From a virus: a DNA stretch of 64,000 nt. Within the stretch, counting starts at the first letter, position 1. Each line of letters opens with the position of its first letter. The notes under the pieces are model-generated. The model was not told the origin of the DNA, did no database searches, and saw only the letters and a program-made list of their open reading frames with translations. This document shows, one piece after another, positions 47,601-56,163 of this stretch. The stretch lies in IMG/VR virus record IMGVR_UViG_3300025127_006147, positions 32,001-96,000 of that record; one strand, given 5' to 3'. The translations under genes and the position numbers were made by a program.

Positions 47601-48183
47601 AATGGGTATTTCAGTATTTTCTACAGATTTAGCCGATAGTTATTATGGTCAAGGTACTGTATGGTTTGGACAGTATGGGGGAGGTTCTGGGTTTCCGTAT
47701 AATCCAGGTTCACAAACAGGTTACTTAGGGGCCACATTTACAAATTTCCAATTAATACCAAGAGACCCCGATTTAATAAATTGTATACAAGGAGGTAATT
47801 TTGGTATTAAAAACACACAAGTGGTCCCATATTATACTTGGAATTCCGCATCTAGTTATGGTACCTTTAATAACGATTACGATTTTTGGCCAAACTCGGT
47901 AGGAATAAAAGGATACCAACAAGGATTAGCAAATCCAGAACCTTCATCTACTAGTTCTGTAAGTTGGAGTAATCCAGCATATTATGCCGGAGATAGTTCT
48001 TCACCCCTACCAGCTTTAGGTTATTTCAGTACTATACCGACAACCCAACCCACTTCACCAGGTGGAAGTTTTAGGTTAGGTACAGGACTTTATTTTTATT
48101 TTGGTTTAAGACAAGGAGCTTCAGCGTATGAAAGATTCATAAACGAATATTTACCACCAAAAGACGATGGAAACCAATTATAA
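44698..48183 (+). CDS. 1161-aa baseplate/tail-associated protein with central hydrophobic segments
   Basis: N-terminal beta-sandwich-like GFGIPNAKVSVF...TNESGDYMLWGVP; hydrophobic runs in the middle. Confidence 0.6.
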   Translation: MPKSYRIKAQPNEDKNIFVNLEQDFDQLEILSLKIVKSDVYSRTCADYGVIVGRAQANGGFGIPNAKVSVFIPITDEDAEDEVISQLYPFRQVTDKNEEGYRYNLLPKESESCNHNATGNFFTAKEVINNPVVLEVFEKYYKFTTKTNESGDYMLWGVPLGNQTIHTSIDVSDIGCYSMRPYQFIRQGISPSKFESSLEFKTSENLDTLPQIVLQNKAIQVVPFWGDEDLCGVGITRVDFDLRDSGVEIEPSATFMGSIITDDDNNYVSVGGVPAKEQGQLCNLTTGTGTIEAVRHTILKEEDGCTPKLEKFNLDNGGKLIDGNGTWVTQLPMNLDYVVTNEYGQKVISDDPKVGIATKAKYRFRISFDGTGGEVRSGRYLVPNLREYSDGTNAPRNYSFSDSLFDYPEVTVPADIYGSPANQCTDYFYEFLPNRVYSVANFIDNYRKNINPGGNRSANSRWRFLGIKSINPPAETRCTDITKEFPVNDAFRGGTTRFSTAQITRLLQVITLTIAASLISYQLIALIAQFGQMALRSVTAVSLVTVGGVASASVIDLPVGVSILANFTGDMIAGFITIPILGVFLYIPMAWSMVKNFYVVRKLYNYPNCEPCACGSSFKFDVYILISLFINEEDKVLQETIADDPGSINDCNNERYMLGFPNDNAFYWTGKQNNFPRGCYVLQFRDAVFIAFTTSIGVLTAASYAPFNIGAIGVYVAIGVTLISTFVSCLDSVYRMYRSLNQWRVLANIYTALCEGVFNMKFSNNWINGTLYFPKFMVKKEKINQTDGSVGTGDLDYDGKLVEAKTENDNTYFYYRSCPFGVTGFETQNLTKDQGTGSAAAHRGINFPTTIVDLGPLDSCITELCRESDTPDGECIYVDKLKPSSFQPSSELLGMLVERKIAAIGTYNQFVWSGVNKWFGADGKPGATYDRNTGNVRTGSDGDNTNPGPYRNRVIDGDIAQLLATNNQMGISVFSTDLADSYYGQGTVWFGQYGGGSGFPYNPGSQTGYLGATFTNFQLIPRDPDLINCIQGGNFGIKNTQVVPYYTWNSASSYGTFNNDYDFWPNSVGIKGYQQGLANPEPSSTSSVSWSNPAYYAGDSSSPLPALGYFSTIPTTQPTSPGGSFRLGTGLYFYFGLRQGASAYERFINEYLPPKDDGNQL

Positions 48184-49885
48184 ATTAATACCCATAGATA
48201 AACAATATAAGGGTGCTCCATTAGTTGATACTACCCTAGATATTAATTTAGAAAATACTAATAGACATTTAATTGAGGGAGATATAACAGTTCCTTTAAA
48301 TTTAGCTGAGAGATTTAATGATGAAAGACAAAATTTTTCACTATATAGAATTTATGGTAAATTACAACCATTTATTGAAAATGCTTATTCAGGTAGAGCA
48401 GACCAGACAGTTTCTAATTTAATTTATAATATGTACTTAACTAGTTCTTATTTGAGTGCAAATACTACTAATACTACAGTTAATTTTAAAGGTTATCCAG
48501 ATTTTTCCGAATTTGATTTTATTAGAAATGATGTAGATGAATCAGTTAATGATGAAACAAACTGGAATTTATATATAACCGTACCTACAACTTGTAATGA
48601 ATTACAAGAAATGTCGTTTACCGCAGAAGAGGGTGGGTTAAGTATGTCTTTTTCAGCATATGAAGGAATACCTTATAGTATTAAAAATAAAAAAGTAGGT
48701 GGTAAAAATCTTTTAGAATTTACTTGTCCAGTACCGCATGGTCTACAAAAAGATAATTATGTAGTTTTAGATATAAAAGAACCATTTTATTCTTTTAGTA
48801 ATGGTATAACAACTTACCCAGTTTATAGTTTAGGTAATGGTAAAAGAAAAAGTGAAAAAAATGTGTTTAACCTTTATATCCCGCAAGTAGACATTGGAAG
48901 TAACCCTATTAATGACGGGACTTTAGGTGTATTTAAAAGACAGTTAAATAAAAATGATAATAAAAGTATTTCTAATTACTATGTTATAGTACATGAAATA
49001 GTAACTAATGTAGAAGACTATCAGATAACTCAATGTGGGTTTGCTGAAGGAGTGTTTAAAAGAACTGAAAAATTTCAGTCAAAACAAAATTCACCGAATA
49101 ATGAAGATAGAATTGCTGTTAAACAAGCCTATCCAACTTATGTTTATACATTTACTAAAGATATAAATGTTAAAAAATATTTAGATAATTTAAAAAGACC
49201 TTTAACTACTTTATACGTTACCACATTATTAAGAAATAATTTAGGTTACTTTGACTATCCACCAAAATATGGATGGAATTGGAATTTCCCATATTCGTTT
49301 ACTGATACCGCTACAAACGCTCAAATAGTAAAAGGTAATCCTAGTGACCTACAACCTGTTACAGGCTTGATATATACGTACCCTGGTGGGGTGCCTGGAC
49401 CTTTAAAATCTGGTCTACCCTTAGTTCCTGGAGACAAACTAAGAGGAGCTTTTACTGAGTATAACACATATGAATTAAAAGAAAGGACCATATCGGATAT
49501 AAAACATAATTTTAATTTTAATGCTCAAGTTTTTAATGGTTCAGAAGGATATACATACAAACCCCACTATCCAGTACCAATTAGAGTATATTCAGACTAT
49601 ATAGAAAGTGGGGACCCAAATAAGATAGCTAACATACCAAATTATGCGACTTATTTTGAAATAGAGAAAACTTGGAAATGGAGAGACATATATGAAATAG
49701 GTTTTGTAGAAGGTAATAATGGTGTCGATTACCCTTTCTTAAACGCGGCTCACTATCCTAGAAAAGATATTAATTTCTTTACTTCTAGAACTGTTAGAAG
49801 TACAGCCTTTAGTAGCACTGATTCTGTATCATTTAGTGGTGCAAATAATACATTAGAAAATTTTGTGATTGATGGCTGTGAATAA
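48167..49885 (+). CDS. Baseplate-cluster structural protein (572 aa)
   Basis: Overlaps the upstream gene; lies in the structural run; no catalytic motif recognised. Confidence 0.6.
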   Translation: METNYKLIPIDKQYKGAPLVDTTLDINLENTNRHLIEGDITVPLNLAERFNDERQNFSLYRIYGKLQPFIENAYSGRADQTVSNLIYNMYLTSSYLSANTTNTTVNFKGYPDFSEFDFIRNDVDESVNDETNWNLYITVPTTCNELQEMSFTAEEGGLSMSFSAYEGIPYSIKNKKVGGKNLLEFTCPVPHGLQKDNYVVLDIKEPFYSFSNGITTYPVYSLGNGKRKSEKNVFNLYIPQVDIGSNPINDGTLGVFKRQLNKNDNKSISNYYVIVHEIVTNVEDYQITQCGFAEGVFKRTEKFQSKQNSPNNEDRIAVKQAYPTYVYTFTKDINVKKYLDNLKRPLTTLYVTTLLRNNLGYFDYPPKYGWNWNFPYSFTDTATNAQIVKGNPSDLQPVTGLIYTYPGGVPGPLKSGLPLVPGDKLRGAFTEYNTYELKERTISDIKHNFNFNAQVFNGSEGYTYKPHYPVPIRVYSDYIESGDPNKIANIPNYATYFEIEKTWKWRDIYEIGFVEGNNGVDYPFLNAAHYPRKDINFFTSRTVRSTAFSSTDSVSFSGANNTLENFVIDGCE

Positions 49886-50885
49886 AATAAAAATAAGAGT
49901 AAATCAAGTTAAAGACGGTATATATGACCGCCAAATGGTTTTTCCTTTAGGTCAAACTTATGATGAAGTAGGTAGAGAAGATTTAATTCAAACCTATGAA
50001 GATGAAACTATCGATAAATTAGTTGGAATTAAAAAAGATTATGAAGTAGCTAGGTATACTCACGCACCACTATTAAACGGAGACCCAAGCCCCAACCTCT
50101 TTTATAATTTTAATTTTGGTACTATGGTAAACTCTAACCCTAATACTTTTCTTACATTATTTCCTAATGAACCCCAGGTTAATGGGAGTTGGGGTAGTAA
50201 TCCACCATGCCCTCCTAGTTTACAAGATTACTATCCAGACAATAGTACCAATAGCATATACCAACCTTATGACCCAAATATTATAACAGATTGGTATGGA
50301 TATGATTTTCAAAATTTTATACCTGAAGAAACTTATAAAAATAATAAATCTTTTACTAAAAGTTTTTTTAAATTAGATTTATATAATAGTAGGGACAGAA
50401 AACAACAAAAACTTTTTATAAGTATAATAATAAGTCCTATAAATGGTATAAAAATATTAAGACCAACACTAAGTGTACAATGTCCAGCTGAAATACCCGA
50501 TGGTAGATATAATTGTAGACCAGAGGGTGAACAATTTTGTCCTACCCCTAATTTTAATTTAGACCCAGTAAACAATAATGAGGGTTATTTTATATACTGG
50601 TTAAAAGAAAAAACATTTTTAGATTTGGATGTGTTTTATATGAGTTGTAAATTTTATAATGCTAAAACTGGTGTGGTAACTCAAATGATTAATACCCCAC
50701 AACAAGACATAAACACCATCACAAACCAACCCTTTAGTATATCAAAAGAAAATTATTACTATTACAGAGTTGTACTAAATCAAGACAGATTTACATATAC
50801 AATATTTAGAACTTCGGATGGAGTACGTGTTGGTGAAGACGCAACCAACCCAATAAAATTTTACCAATACTTTAATTCACCTTAA
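49869..50885 (+). CDS. Baseplate-cluster structural protein (338 aa)
   Basis: SFFKLDLY, GYFIYWLK, FYMSCKFYNAKTG; structural context. Confidence 0.6.
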   Translation: MMAVNKIKIRVNQVKDGIYDRQMVFPLGQTYDEVGREDLIQTYEDETIDKLVGIKKDYEVARYTHAPLLNGDPSPNLFYNFNFGTMVNSNPNTFLTLFPNEPQVNGSWGSNPPCPPSLQDYYPDNSTNSIYQPYDPNIITDWYGYDFQNFIPEETYKNNKSFTKSFFKLDLYNSRDRKQQKLFISIIISPINGIKILRPTLSVQCPAEIPDGRYNCRPEGEQFCPTPNFNLDPVNNNEGYFIYWLKEKTFLDLDVFYMSCKFYNAKTGVVTQMINTPQQDINTITNQPFSISKENYYYYRVVLNQDRFTYTIFRTSDGVRVGEDATNPIKFYQYFNSP

Positions 50886-50886
50886 A

Positions 50887-52494
50887 ATGGAAGAATATAA
50901 ATTTAAAATAAAAAGAAGATTTTATCCAGGTGAAACCGAATCACTTCCACCTAATTTACCAAAGGGTTATGTGAGTGAAACTTCATTGGGTGTACCAGAG
51001 GGGCAAAACTGTTTAAACTGTTACTTTTATAATAATGGTTATTGTGAGTATTGGAACGCTGAAATTAGAGATAATTATTGGTGTAAGAAATGGGCTGACC
51101 CACAAAGTATGGTACAAGACTTACCAGAACCACCACCTTGTATTACAGGGGTAACTGTACCTATAGTAATAACTGAAGATTTTAACGATATAGGTGTATA
51201 TACACCTTGGGACGGTTTAGTTTTACAAAGAGATGTAATTAATAATTTTATATACACTGGTAGTGGTCTTTCAGTTACAGTACAAAATACTTCAGATGTT
51301 GACTTTAAAAGGTTTTTAACTTTTGGGAATTATAGTGTTATTTGGGGAGACGGTTCGAGTGACATTTTATCACTAGGACAACCAATAGGGAATCATATTT
51401 ATTCTTCGGGTGGAGAATATAAAATAACATTAGAACAAATTAATCCTTGGGGAACTACAAGGATAAGTAAAATTATAAATTTACCATATGATGGTAATGT
51501 AACAATTAATAATCCTTATGGTACAGTAGAAATCCATCCACCTAATTTTGGTGACCCGATAGGTTGTGATACGGTCTTACAAGATTACATTTTTAGTGGA
51601 GATAGTAATCCAGACGTATATGACTTTTTTAGTTTTAATTATATTACTGTTCCATTTGAAGTGACAGGTTATACTACTACTAGTAATTTAAATTTATTTA
51701 TAGAATACGGTAACCAAGGGTTACCAAATACTGGTACATCTATAACACTTACATCAGATTTAACTGGGGAAATTTTAGAGGTAACCCCACAATATACCGC
51801 TTATACCATAAATGATATAATATATACCGATTTTAGTGGGGGCACAACTTTCTTTAATGCGCTGAGTACTGGTATAAATCCAAATAATGTAGAATGGGAA
51901 TGTTGTGATGAAACACTAAGTGACCCATGTCAATGTCCAGAAAAAGGTAATACTATACCTAAAGGACCCTACGATTCTAATACAATTTATATGGTAGGTT
52001 CTACAGTAGAATATGATGGGTGTTGTTGGTATTGTAATCCTGAATCTTTCTCGGTTTATGAATGTGACGCTCCCCCAACTTACGGAGATAAAATATGGGA
52101 ACCTTGTTTACCTTGTGTGGAAACAGCACTAAACCCAACAGGAAATCAAAGAAGAACTCTAGAAATAGAAGAGTATAACCCATCATCTACATATAAAGAA
52201 GGGGATAAAGTTTCTTTTTATGGAAATGTATATAGATTTGAAGGAACTAGAATTGTTATACCTGAAAGTGGTACGACACGTAATATTAATGGCACCTCAG
52301 GATGGATTGAACTTACTTATGTGACTACTTATTTAGATGATAATAATATACCAATAACGGAAACTGTTCCTTATCAAGATGAAAATGAAAGATTGTGGAT
52401 TGGGGGTTATACCACAAATCCAGAATTTAACGTACTTGATTGGGAAAATAAATCAAATCAATCATTACTGAAATATTCAGTATGGAGTTTATAA
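50887..52494 (+). CDS. Structural protein with N-terminal HiPIP-like 4-Cys module, PKD domain and two CBM5/12-like modules
   Basis: GQNCLNC...YCEYW...YWCKKW; IWGDGS...HIYSSGGEYKITL; YDSNTIYMVGSTVEYDG; YNPSSTYKEGDKVSFYGNVY. Confidence 0.6.
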   Translation: MEEYKFKIKRRFYPGETESLPPNLPKGYVSETSLGVPEGQNCLNCYFYNNGYCEYWNAEIRDNYWCKKWADPQSMVQDLPEPPPCITGVTVPIVITEDFNDIGVYTPWDGLVLQRDVINNFIYTGSGLSVTVQNTSDVDFKRFLTFGNYSVIWGDGSSDILSLGQPIGNHIYSSGGEYKITLEQINPWGTTRISKIINLPYDGNVTINNPYGTVEIHPPNFGDPIGCDTVLQDYIFSGDSNPDVYDFFSFNYITVPFEVTGYTTTSNLNLFIEYGNQGLPNTGTSITLTSDLTGEILEVTPQYTAYTINDIIYTDFSGGTTFFNALSTGINPNNVEWECCDETLSDPCQCPEKGNTIPKGPYDSNTIYMVGSTVEYDGCCWYCNPESFSVYECDAPPTYGDKIWEPCLPCVETALNPTGNQRRTLEIEEYNPSSTYKEGDKVSFYGNVYRFEGTRIVIPESGTTRNINGTSGWIELTYVTTYLDDNNIPITETVPYQDENERLWIGGYTTNPEFNVLDWENKSNQSLLKYSVWSL

Positions 52495-52509
52495 AAAATA
52501 TTATAAAAA

Positions 52510-55245
52510 ATGGGAAGATGGCAAAACTGGGGAGGAGGTGGAGGAAGTAATCCATGTGGAGCTTACTATCCACAGGGTGGACCACTAGACAGTTTTTTGG
52601 AATCAGCTAGTGGATGTAAACCAGCTTGGTATTTAACACAATCTAACGCATTTAATCCATCAAATGTTCAATGGAATGGTAACAGAACAACCAGAGGAAA
52701 AGGTTTATGTTGTGATGTATTTAAAAGGGTTAGTGAAAACGCTTATGCGTGGGATTTTGACACTGACTATGTAATGTTTGACACAGTTGCTGCGACAGGA
52801 CAAAAATGCCCAGGGTGTTTTTATCAAGCATATGTACCCCATAAGAGTAGTTCTGAAAATACAGGTAATAACGCAAATGTAAATCATACTAGACCATGTG
52901 AAGGAAGGGGTGGTTTTGATGGAGATAAATTAACCAAATACGTTGCTAGATGGTCTGCATGTAAAGCACTTATAGAGGTGGGAATGCCAGGTAATTGTAC
53001 TATGCACAATTCATTTGGTTTAATAATGGCAGACACAGTAAATGTTACTCATGCAGGTTCCCCTAATGGTAGTTGTCTTAGTAATTGTATGCAATTAAAC
53101 GTTGACTATTTTGAAGAAAGAGTAGCTGGTGAATTTTTATCTTACGCTCAATATCCACCCAATAACTATGATGAAAAAACTGCTTATGATTGTGAAACAA
53201 AAGTACAAGACTTTGATGGAAACAGTGGGCCAACTGGTTCTAAACTAATTTGGACAGGATTTGCACCTCTTCAGTGGCAACCACAAAACACAGACCCATT
53301 TGTCCCCAATGAATCATACGGTACATACCTTCCGGCTACATTTAATAATGAATGGGGTGGATTTGTAAATAATAGTCCAGTACCTGGAGAAAATACCACT
53401 ATAACTATTGAATGGGACCCAACACAAGGGAATAACCCTACACCAGAAACTTATTCATTTAAACCCACTTTAAATGGTTCACAATATGTGGGGTATTTAC
53501 CTTTAAATGCAGGTAACAACAACTCCTGGGGGTTACTTCACCCTAACACAGGAGTACTAGGAAGTACTCTTCCTCAGGGAGATAGTGCTTTATGGGCAAG
53601 AAAAAGTGAGTGGAGAATAATGCCAGCTGGCGACCCAGCCACACCTACCACTTCATCAGATGACGCTTTTGCTTGTTGTACTTATGTGAGTTTTGGTTGT
53701 ACCGACCCCTCTTTTGGTAACTATGACCCTCAAGCTTTCCTAGACTGTAACGGTTATCCTAAAAGTAATGTTTTCCAATTAGACCCAAACGGCAACCCAT
53801 TACCCTGTGAAAATATAAATGGTGTAGTCCAACCTTGTTGGGACCCCCTAGAAGGTATGCAATGTAATAATTGTATTAATCCTGGTACTGGACAATATGA
53901 TTTAACTTGGTCAGCGTGTACTCAACAATTATATGACGCTTGTGGTGGAGATGGTTTCCTCACGCCCTCCGCTTGGAATGCTATGATACAAGAAAAGCCT
54001 AGTTCTTGGTTATATGGTGGTGCTAAACAACAAGTAGGTAATGGTGGGGGAGGTGGTTTAGCTAGATTCTGGGACAAAGATGCTAGGGAAGTTTCGGGAG
54101 GAGCATATGGTAGACCATTATGTCAATGTAATAATTCTGGTTGTATGTTACCAGGAGCATCTAACTATTCACCTTTAAATAATACAGATTGTAGTAATAA
54201 TATACCTCCTGGTGTTGGACCAAACTATGACCAATATGGTGATGTAACTTGTTGTACATTCACTAAATTTGGTTGCCCTGATAATACTTATGTCGTGCCT
54301 CCACAAAATAATTACTTTTGTAGTGTTGACTTAGATGCGGATGGTGCCCCAGACAATTTCCAATTTTGTATGGAACCAAATGGGACTCCTTGTTGGGACC
54401 CAGTAAACCAACAGTTAAACCCTAACTGTCTTAATGGTGCTGTTCCTGGAGCTAATACAATTCCACTATCTAATACCGCTGGTAATTTACCTACAGTTAA
54501 TTTGACAAATGATGGGAGTTGTGAATTAATATTAATACCTGGGTGTAAAGATGATGGTGGAAACTTAGCGGGGGGTTCTTTCGCGACACCTTTTTATCCT
54601 GGTTATTCAGCGATAAATTTTGACCCTAACGTTACAGTACACGTTCAAACTAGTTGTGAATATGTGTTTGGTTGTCCAGACCCCTTAGCACAAAATGTTA
54701 TAGATGGGTTACCAGTTTGTCAAACCGATGTTTTAACAGGAACAATATCTCAAGCGGCAAACTATTATGGGGTAACTAATGCAGACATAAGTAACAATTT
54801 AATACCAAATATAGAATGTTGTGATTATGAAATCCCTGGAACAGGTCCTGGTTGTACGGACCCTAACGCTTTAAATTACAACCCATTAGCGGATACAGAT
54901 GATGGAAGTTGTATATACAACATAGAAGGTTGCACTGACCCAGCAGCTTTAAATTTTAATCCAAGTGCAACACTAGACGATTCTTCTTGTTTATATCCAG
55001 GTGACTACCCTGTAGAGGGAAGTAACTTTCTAGATGGGAGTGAAATGGAAATATGTAGAGAACCTTTAACAAAAGAAGAGGTATTAATGAATGTTTGCCA
55101 ACCAACAGAAATACAATCAGAAGTATTTATTGAAAGAGGTAAACAATCTGTGTTTGAACCAAACCAAAGATTGGATGAGGTAAAAACAATAGGAGGTTTA
55201 AAAATATATGGGTATGGATTTTACAACATAAAAGAACAAATATAA
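52510..55245 (+). CDS. 911-aa Cys/Gly/Asn-rich repeat structural protein
   Basis: About seven GC(T/P/M/K)(D/L)P-type repeats, e.g. GCTDPNALNYNPLADTDDGSC; C-terminal EIQSEVFIERGKQSVFE. Confidence 0.7.
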   Translation: MGRWQNWGGGGGSNPCGAYYPQGGPLDSFLESASGCKPAWYLTQSNAFNPSNVQWNGNRTTRGKGLCCDVFKRVSENAYAWDFDTDYVMFDTVAATGQKCPGCFYQAYVPHKSSSENTGNNANVNHTRPCEGRGGFDGDKLTKYVARWSACKALIEVGMPGNCTMHNSFGLIMADTVNVTHAGSPNGSCLSNCMQLNVDYFEERVAGEFLSYAQYPPNNYDEKTAYDCETKVQDFDGNSGPTGSKLIWTGFAPLQWQPQNTDPFVPNESYGTYLPATFNNEWGGFVNNSPVPGENTTITIEWDPTQGNNPTPETYSFKPTLNGSQYVGYLPLNAGNNNSWGLLHPNTGVLGSTLPQGDSALWARKSEWRIMPAGDPATPTTSSDDAFACCTYVSFGCTDPSFGNYDPQAFLDCNGYPKSNVFQLDPNGNPLPCENINGVVQPCWDPLEGMQCNNCINPGTGQYDLTWSACTQQLYDACGGDGFLTPSAWNAMIQEKPSSWLYGGAKQQVGNGGGGGLARFWDKDAREVSGGAYGRPLCQCNNSGCMLPGASNYSPLNNTDCSNNIPPGVGPNYDQYGDVTCCTFTKFGCPDNTYVVPPQNNYFCSVDLDADGAPDNFQFCMEPNGTPCWDPVNQQLNPNCLNGAVPGANTIPLSNTAGNLPTVNLTNDGSCELILIPGCKDDGGNLAGGSFATPFYPGYSAINFDPNVTVHVQTSCEYVFGCPDPLAQNVIDGLPVCQTDVLTGTISQAANYYGVTNADISNNLIPNIECCDYEIPGTGPGCTDPNALNYNPLADTDDGSCIYNIEGCTDPAALNFNPSATLDDSSCLYPGDYPVEGSNFLDGSEMEICREPLTKEEVLMNVCQPTEIQSEVFIERGKQSVFEPNQRLDEVKTIGGLKIYGYGFYNIKEQI
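53695..54985 (+). repeat. Dispersed GCTDPxAxNYxPxAxxDDGSC protein repeats
   Basis: GCTDPSFGNYDP, GCMLPGASNYSP, GCPDN, GCKDD, GCPDPLAQN, GCTDPNALNYNP, GCTDPAALNFNP. Confidence 0.75.
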
Positions 55246-55251
55246 TAAAAG

Positions 55252-56163
55252 ATGGCATTAGGAACATACGGAATAAAAAGATTATCAGATGTATCTCCAG
55301 AAAATGTGGAGATAATTTCATTATATACACCTAGTAGGGAATCGGCAGCTGAGACTATTATAAAAAAGTTAAATGCACAAAGTATATTAACACCTTACTA
55401 CCATAATACAGAAACTGGAGGAACACCAGATATAGAACTTTTAGGTGGGGTGTATAACTTAAAATTACCTTATAATGAGTTTAAAGATAAAGGTATATAT
55501 AACTTAATTATTAGACCATTAGAAATTAGAACTTCAATCACAGATTGTGGGGTTTTATCATCTTTACCAACAGTAAAAGGTTTAGTTTTTGACTTAAATA
55601 ATGTTCCTACAGAGTCAAGAAATAAATTTGTTAATAATGGTTTAGTAGGATATAGAGTAGAATATTTAAATAGTGATGGTACTAAAATACCTAATTTTTA
55701 TAGGATAGTTACCTCTTCATTTTTCTGTGAACCGATAACACAAAACTTAACAAATAGTAATCAAAAAGCAATTAGATATCGTTATATAAATGGTGGGAGT
55801 AATTTACTTTTCTGTACATTAACACCTACTTCAGCACCATCCAATAAACCAACAGCTTTACCATATATTGGACAACCAGCACAAAATGTTATAATAACAA
55901 ACACACATTTTAATCCTGTACACATTGAAATAGAAATGGTTGATTACGATGTTGATAGTTTAGGTATAGCACTGTACGGTAATCAAACTAAATCACTTAG
56001 TGATGGTGTATACACACTATACGATAGTAACAATAATATTTATAAACAATACAACTTATACGAAACTAGAGACCAGTTTGGACAACCACTATATGAGGTT
56101 AGACAAGATAGAGGGAATAACATAGACTTTACGAAAGCATTTAACAATATCGCACAACAGTAA
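55252..56163 (+). CDS. Baseplate-cluster structural protein (303 aa)
   Basis: MALGTYG, LGGVYNLKLP, GYRVEY, YKQYNLYE; its stop overlaps the next ATG (TAATG). Confidence 0.65.
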   Translation: MALGTYGIKRLSDVSPENVEIISLYTPSRESAAETIIKKLNAQSILTPYYHNTETGGTPDIELLGGVYNLKLPYNEFKDKGIYNLIIRPLEIRTSITDCGVLSSLPTVKGLVFDLNNVPTESRNKFVNNGLVGYRVEYLNSDGTKIPNFYRIVTSSFFCEPITQNLTNSNQKAIRYRYINGGSNLLFCTLTPTSAPSNKPTALPYIGQPAQNVIITNTHFNPVHIEIEMVDYDVDSLGIALYGNQTKSLSDGVYTLYDSNNNIYKQYNLYETRDQFGQPLYEVRQDRGNNIDFTKAFNNIAQQ

